From Candidatus Delongbacteria bacterium (GTDB taxonomy: Bacteria; UBA4055), in the NCBI GenBank assembly GCA_016938275.1, contig JAFGUZ010000208.1, forward strand, positions 1 through 32,391: 32,391 nt of DNA, written 5' to 3'. A program made the translations under genes and the position numbers. Below the pieces are notes generated by a model, which had not been told where the DNA came from, did no database searches, and was given only the letters and a program-made list of their open reading frames with translations. Positions 27,539-32,391 of the stretch are shown one piece after another; the stretch's first letter is position 1; every line of letters starts with the position of its first letter.

Positions 27539-28348
27539 TTATTTAAATAATATTAAACTAAACGCCATCACTATCATTCCTGCAACAAAACCATAGATTG
27601 ATAAATGGTGATCTCCATACTCTCTTGCTGAAGGAAGCAGCTCATCAATGGAGATAAAAACCATAATTCCTGCAACAGATGCAAATAAAAATCCAAAAAC
27701 TGCATCATTAAAGATGGTTGATATCAATGCAAACCCAATTATAGCACCTAAAGGTTCTGCTAAACCAGAGAGAAATGATAATTTAAAAGCCTTTTTTCTA
27801 TCTCCAGTTGCATAATAAATTGGTACAGACACAGCTATACCTTCTGGTATATTGTGTATTGCGATTGCTATCGCTATGGATATACCAAGTCCTGGATCAG
27901 AAAGACTTGAAGTGAATGTTGCAAGTCCTTCAGGGAAATTATGTATTGCAATAGCTAAAGCAGACATTACTCCCATTCGATATAATGATTTTGTTTTCTT
28001 TGATTCACTCATATCTTCAATATTTTTCATTTCGTGAGGATTTTCAAATGATGGAACAATTTTATCAATAATAGCAATTAAAAACATACCACAGAAAAAA
28101 GCTACAGTAGTTAAAAAATATCCTTTTTCTTCACCAAAATAATTTGTCATTGCATCGTTTGCCTTAACAAATATCTCTATAAACGAAACATAAATCATCA
28201 CTCCAGCTGAAAAACCTAATGATATCGCAAGGAATTTTGTATTTGTTTTTTTTGTCAGAAAAGCCATTGCACTTCCAATTCCTGTTGAAAGTCCAGCAAA
28301 GAGAGTTAGCATGAAGGCTGTAATTAGTTGATCAATTTCAAAGTTCAT
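27539..28348 (-). CDS. zupT: ZIP-family zinc/divalent-metal transporter
   Basis: 269 aa, multi-TM, with two HNxPEG metal-binding helices (AIAIHNFPEGLA, AIAIHNIPEGIAV). AAGGAGAA SD. An 8-nt gap to the kinase gene implies an operon. Confidence 0.85.
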   Translation of the reverse strand: MNFEIDQLITAFMLTLFAGLSTGIGSAMAFLTKKTNTKFLAISLGFSAGVMIYVSFIEIFVKANDAMTNYFGEEKGYFLTTVAFFCGMFLIAIIDKIVPSFENPHEMKNIEDMSESKKTKSLYRMGVMSALAIAIHNFPEGLATFTSSLSDPGLGISIAIAIAIHNIPEGIAVSVPIYYATGDRKKAFKLSFLSGLAEPLGAIIGFALISTIFNDAVFGFLFASVAGIMVFISIDELLPSAREYGDHHLSIYGFVAGMIVMAFSLILFK

Positions 28349-28362
28349 ATTTTCTCCTTAAT

Positions 28363-28396
28363 TTGCTATAATTTAACAAAAATAACGTTATAGCAA
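28363..28396. promoter_or_regulatory. 9-bp perfect inverted repeat TTGCTATAA-N16-TTATAGCAA immediately upstream of the zupT RBS
   Basis: Arms at 28363-28371 and 28388-28396. The RBS (revcomp of 28351-28359) starts 4 nt from the repeat. Either an operator palindrome or a 5'-UTR hairpin. Confidence 0.3.
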
Positions 28397-28526
28397 TAGA
28401 TTTATTTATGAGAAAATTCAGACATTTACTCTGTTTTGTGAAGATGTTGTAAATAAAATATCTATTCGTATCCTTGATTTTTTTGTTTCTGGTTATCATA
28501 TTGAATTAAATAGAAAAAGTGAATAG

Positions 28527-28943
28527 ATGAAACCTCTAAAAAAAGCTTATACACTTGCTGAGTTGATAGTCGTAGTTTCCATTGTTGCGATCATTTCTAT
28601 AACTGGAATCTTTTCTTACAAACACATGTTAAGAAAAACAGTTGAATCGGTTTTAACTAATGCAGTTATGATAAATGTTGAGCTTATCGATATTTACTAT
28701 GCAAACCATGGAGTTTGGGTTACAGAAGCTGAGCCCGGAAACCAAAATTTGACAACTGATGAAGAGCTTAAAAGATTTGGTTTATGCGGAAGAAATCTAT
28801 CAAATGATTTCATGATGAGAGTTTTTTCATTAGATGGTTACCCTCATGTAATAGCAAGAGAACAAATAGGATCAGATAAATTTGGAATCGAAGTTAGTTA
28901 CCACTTTAAGACCAGAGAGCTCATAGTTTCAGAAAGCAATTAA
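28527..28943 (+). CDS. Type IV pilin-like/pseudopilin protein with N-terminal prepilin-type hydrophobic segment
   Basis: 138 aa. MKPLKKA|YTLAELIVVVSIVAIISITGIF has the conserved +5 Glu and class III signal-peptide character (Ala rather than Gly at -1). One Cys in the C-terminal region. Confidence 0.55.
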   Translation: MKPLKKAYTLAELIVVVSIVAIISITGIFSYKHMLRKTVESVLTNAVMINVELIDIYYANHGVWVTEAEPGNQNLTTDEELKRFGLCGRNLSNDFMMRVFSLDGYPHVIAREQIGSDKFGIEVSYHFKTRELIVSESN

Positions 28944-28956
28944 GCAAGGATTCTAA

Positions 28957-31900
28957 TTGATAAACTTATTTAAATTTAGAATAACTGGGATTAAGACAAA
29001 CATTTTTCTGTTGCTTATAATGCATTGTCTATCTTTTCCTATCGAAAAAAAAGTAAGGGTCTTAACTCTTGAGGATTATTATCCTCTTTCCTATATGAAG
29101 CAAGATGGATTTATCAGTGGTTTATTTCCAGCCCTTATTGATTCTATTTTTCTAGAGCGTGGATATGAAGTTGAATTTATTCCTATAAACTCAAATGATA
29201 CTGGCTTGGAAATGATTTCATCAGGAGAGGCAGATATATTATCATCTCTATTCTATAGCTCTAGACGAGCTCTATATGTTGATTTTTCATTGCCATATTT
29301 AAATTTGGAAACAAAAATAGCAACTCTGAAAGAATCTCCCCAATATCTTGAGTTAGATAGTTTAAAAAAGAGTGAGTTTAATAAATCAAAAATAATCGGA
29401 ATTCAAAATGGCGACTACTCTTACGAATATCTGCAGACTTTTAGAGATACTTTTTTAATGCAAGCAACCATTGACTTGGAATCTTCATTCTTGTTATTGA
29501 AATCAAAAAAAATTTCGGCTGTAATAGCTGATGATTACGTAATTGAATCAACAATTAATGAATTATCAATGAGAAACGAAGTACTGATATCTGATGAACC
29601 AATCTACGAAAAGCAATTGCACATTGGTGTAAATAAGAAGAGGGAAGATTTACTAAAGATTATCAATTCAAAAATCATTAAAATGACTAGTAATAATTCT
29701 ATAAATCTAATGAAAAAGGAATGGCTTAATAAGGACTTTTTTTTTACAGGCGGAGTAAAGATATCTCATAGAATATTTTATTTATCTTTAACTTTTGCTA
29801 GTTTATTTTTTATTTTTTTTATAGTTTTAGAAATTTTATCTAGAAGTAAAGCCTCTAAATATTACAGTCTTATCGATTCTCTTCTTAGTATTACACCTGA
29901 CCTTGTAATCGAATTAAAAGAAAATGGAAAAATTAAAAATACTTATTTCAGAAATAAGCTATTTAAAAAGTATTATCCCGAACTTTCCAAAGGAAAAATA
30001 AGTGCTCGAATTTTGGATGATATTTTAGGTAAAGAATTAGGAATCCGAATTCGATTTTTGATGCTTAATTTCAAAAACAGCAAACCTGATGCTCTTCAAT
30101 TCGAACACTCCCCAAAGGAGGATGTATACAATGACGTAAGGTTGATCCCCTTTAATAGAGGTGTTTATATTCTGGTAATAACCGATAAAACTAAACCCAA
30201 ACTAATTGAAAACGAACTGGAAAGTAAAGAAGCGGAATACAAAACTCTGATTGAAAATATTCCCGGAGCTGTTTTTAGAATAGAAGAAGAGGGTAGTGAT
30301 CTTTTTTTTAAATTCATAACAGATTCAATAGTGGAAATTACAGGATACCCATCCACTTATTTCTTAGGAAAAACTTTTCATTCATTTAACGATATGATAA
30401 TACCAGAAGATTATGAACGAATGGAAAAGTTGTTAATTTGGACTCCAGACAGAAGATTTTGTACTAGTGAGTATAGAATCAGAAATAGCAATAACCAGAT
30501 TGTATGGATACAGGAAAGAACTAAAGTTTATAAATCAGACAATAAAAGAATGTTTGAGGGTATTTATATAGACATAACAGAGAAAAAAAACCTAGATAGG
30601 GATCTAATTTATATTGAAACAATTTATAAAAATATACTTGATAACACCAATGAAGGGATTGTAATTGCAAAAAACTTCAATATTGTTCATTCGAATTCGG
30701 CAATTAGATCAATTTTAGGAGTTCAGGGGCATTCCATTGACGATGTAAATATAAATGAATTTGTACATCCTGCAGAAATACCAGCTTTGGCTGAACTACA
30801 AGTTAGACTCAAAATGAAACCTATAACAATTCGTAATTATAATACAAGGTTTATTACTACAAAAAGAGAAGTTTTATTTGTTGAATTAAACTTTATACCG
30901 ATAGTGTGGTACGGATATCAAGCATATATTATTTTTGTTTCTGATCAGACCCAACGAAAAACTGACGAAAATGTTCTGTATTTTATGAAGAATTTTCTAG
31001 AAAGCATTCTTGATAATATTCCAATTGGTATACTCACAGTTGATGAAAAGGGTAAAATTAAACAGATAAATCATTTTTGTGAAGATCTATTCAATGTTTC
31101 CGAGAAGAATGTAGTTGGAACATTATATTTTGATACTATTACTGATCTTGAACTATACAATAGATATTTTTATGAGGTAATAGAAGAGGGTAATATTAAA
31201 TTTCTGGAAAGCATAAATTTCAAAAGCTCAGCTACAAGATTTTTTAACATGAGAATGCTAAAATTAACCGACGAGAATGAAAAGGGGATGATTTTTTTTA
31301 TAGAAGATATTACAGATTTACGAAACAAAGAAAATCAACTACTTCAAGCACAAAAAATGGAAGTTTTGGGTGCTTTAGCAGGAGGCCTAGCTCACGATTT
31401 CAACAATGCTCTTACAAGTACGATCGGAACACTTTCTCTCTTAAGATACAAACTCAAATCTAACACAAATATTTCTCCAAAAGAGATTATCAACCAATTA
31501 GATATTATTGAAAAATCAAGTAACAGTACATCTATATTGGTTAAAAGATTATTGTCATTTTCAAGAAAACAGGAAATAGACTCAATACCAATGGATCTAA
31601 ACAGATCTGTTGAAGACTCAATCAAAATACTAAAATCTTCTATAGACAAATCTATTAACCTCAATGTAACATATTATAAAAATTCTGCTAAAATAAAGGC
31701 AGATCCTCAGAACATGGAACAACTACTTATTAACTTATGTGTAAATGCTTCACATGCTATGACTTTTATGCGGGGTGAAGAAGATATTTGGGGAGGAGAG
31801 CTGAGTGTGGTCATCGATAGGTTTGTTGCAGATGATAAGTTTTGTGAATCAAATAGTGATGCCTATTGTGGTGAATATTTTGTTTTGAGAGTAAGAGATA

Positions 31901-32391
31901 CTGGAATTGGCATGTCAGAAAAAATAAAGGCTAAAATATTTGATCCATTTTTCTCTACAAAAGATAAAGAAAAAGGAACTGGCTTAGGTCTCGCTTCTGT
32001 ATTTACAATAGTTAAAAATCATAAAGGTTTTATTAGGGTTAGATCCAGAGTTGGTATTGGAACCGAATTTTCAGTATTTTTACCCTCGTTGACTAACAAT
32101 CTCACTGACAACCAAATTAAAAATGAAACTTTAGCTAGAAATTCTCAAAATAAAGTTTTTAATATTGCCATTTATGGTAGAAGTGGATTTGATATTCTCA
32201 ATGCATCTGAAATTATGACGAATAACAATCATTTTTATGAAGTAGAAAGTTTTGATGAAATTGATAAACTAAGCAAAAGTATCACAGGTAAAATTGATTT
32301 ATTAATTTATGAAGATGGAATTCCCGATAAAAACAGCTTAGGTGAGTATATTTCTTATATAAAAAGAAACCCATTTCTAAATAATATCATA
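28957..32391 (+). CDS. Hybrid sensor histidine kinase (partial, continues beyond window): periplasmic family-3 solute-binding domain, TM, about 4 PAS, HisKA, HATPase_c, receiver-like C-terminus
   Basis: Uninterrupted frame (28957 mod 3) from the stop at 28954-28956 to the window end. It is absent from the ORF track because there is no in-window stop. The start is TTG 28957 (AAGGA SD 7 nt upstream) or ATG 29020. SBP_bac_3-like region (..LTLEDYYPLSYMKQDGF...). TM (IFYLSLTFASLFFIFFIVLEIL). H-box EVLGALAGGLAHDFNNALT (His codon 31393-31395). G-boxes DTGIGM and GTGLGLASV. Confidence 0.8.
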   Translation, partial: MINLFKFRITGIKTNIFLLLIMHCLSFPIEKKVRVLTLEDYYPLSYMKQDGFISGLFPALIDSIFLERGYEVEFIPINSNDTGLEMISSGEADILSSLFYSSRRALYVDFSLPYLNLETKIATLKESPQYLELDSLKKSEFNKSKIIGIQNGDYSYEYLQTFRDTFLMQATIDLESSFLLLKSKKISAVIADDYVIESTINELSMRNEVLISDEPIYEKQLHIGVNKKREDLLKIINSKIIKMTSNNSINLMKKEWLNKDFFFTGGVKISHRIFYLSLTFASLFFIFFIVLEILSRSKASKYYSLIDSLLSITPDLVIELKENGKIKNTYFRNKLFKKYYPELSKGKISARILDDILGKELGIRIRFLMLNFKNSKPDALQFEHSPKEDVYNDVRLIPFNRGVYILVITDKTKPKLIENELESKEAEYKTLIENIPGAVFRIEEEGSDLFFKFITDSIVEITGYPSTYFLGKTFHSFNDMIIPEDYERMEKLLIWTPDRRFCTSEYRIRNSNNQIVWIQERTKVYKSDNKRMFEGIYIDITEKKNLDRDLIYIETIYKNILDNTNEGIVIAKNFNIVHSNSAIRSILGVQGHSIDDVNINEFVHPAEIPALAELQVRLKMKPITIRNYNTRFITTKREVLFVELNFIPIVWYGYQAYIIFVSDQTQRKTDENVLYFMKNFLESILDNIPIGILTVDEKGKIKQINHFCEDLFNVSEKNVVGTLYFDTITDLELYNRYFYEVIEEGNIKFLESINFKSSATRFFNMRMLKLTDENEKGMIFFIEDITDLRNKENQLLQAQKMEVLGALAGGLAHDFNNALTSTIGTLSLLRYKLKSNTNISPKEIINQLDIIEKSSNSTSILVKRLLSFSRKQEIDSIPMDLNRSVEDSIKILKSSIDKSINLNVTYYKNSAKIKADPQNMEQLLINLCVNASHAMTFMRGEEDIWGGELSVVIDRFVADDKFCESNSDAYCGEYFVLRVRDTGIGMSEKIKAKIFDPFFSTKDKEKGTGLGLASVFTIVKNHKGFIRVRSRVGIGTEFSVFLPSLTNNLTDNQIKNETLARNSQNKVFNIAIYGRSGFDILNASEIMTNNNHFYEVESFDEIDKLSKSITGKIDLLIYEDGIPDKNSLGEYISYIKRNPFLNNII

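Noticed and set aside
28363-28396. Calling the zupT-upstream inverted repeat a Zur box
   Set aside because: The half-sites (TTGCTATAA) and 16-bp spacing do not match the canonical Zur/Fur-family 7-1-7 or 9-1-9 boxes. Kept only as an unassigned palindrome/hairpin.
28957-32391. Possibility that the missing ORF call at the window end reflects stop-codon reassignment or a pseudogene
   Set aside because: Codon-by-codon reading shows one uninterrupted frame with coherent sensor-kinase domains. The omission is explained by the absence of an in-window stop, not by recoding.
1-32391. CRISPR arrays, tRNA/rRNA genes, IS elements, integrases, toxin-antitoxin or restriction-modification genes
   Set aside because: No regularly spaced direct repeats. 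No GC-rich cloverleaf-like segments in any intergenic gap. No transposase/integrase/recombinase-like ORFs. Apart from the inverted repeats already reported as terminators or candidate operators, intergenic regions are short AT-rich promoter/terminator spacers.

Overview
This is an AT-rich (about 30-33% GC) bacterial chromosomal window. Genes use Shine-Dalgarno sites and there are several lipobox lipoproteins. Gene density is high, and ordinary housekeeping genes dominate. On the minus strand there is a three-gene polyamine operon (ornithine-decarboxylase-like PLP enzyme, speH, speE). It is followed by an SPFH/band-7 operon and then a long co-directional array (lolC/E-like permease, trkA, MinD/ParA-like ATPase, lipoprotein, GT-A glycosyltransferase, acpS, hemW, rarA). 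On the plus strand there is a block containing a TPR protein, a TrmH-family methyltransferase and nth. Two surface lipoproteins are convergent with it. These are followed by an FtsB-like gene, an ornithine carbamoyltransferase, hcp, a galactokinase-family kinase with zupT, and a pilin-like gene. A >1100-aa periplasmic-SBP/PAS hybrid histidine-kinase ORF runs off the right edge; it is missing from the ORF track only because it has no in-window stop. I found no rRNA, tRNA, CRISPR, IS or phage genes. The noteworthy signals are mostly regulatory or architectural. One is a 7-codon uORF whose stop overlaps the SD of the polyamine operon, inside a 560-bp AT-rich leader. Others are two CRP/FNR-type 5-4-5 palindromes sharing an ATAT core (one upstream of hcp), a 9-bp inverted repeat on the zupT RBS, and a secreted ankyrin-repeat/MBL-fold fusion protein. 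There is also an unlisted 59-aa acidic ORF after nth, bracketed by a strong RBS and a terminator. I did not recognise a defined novel multi-gene 'system'. The functional ideas in the findings are hypotheses.
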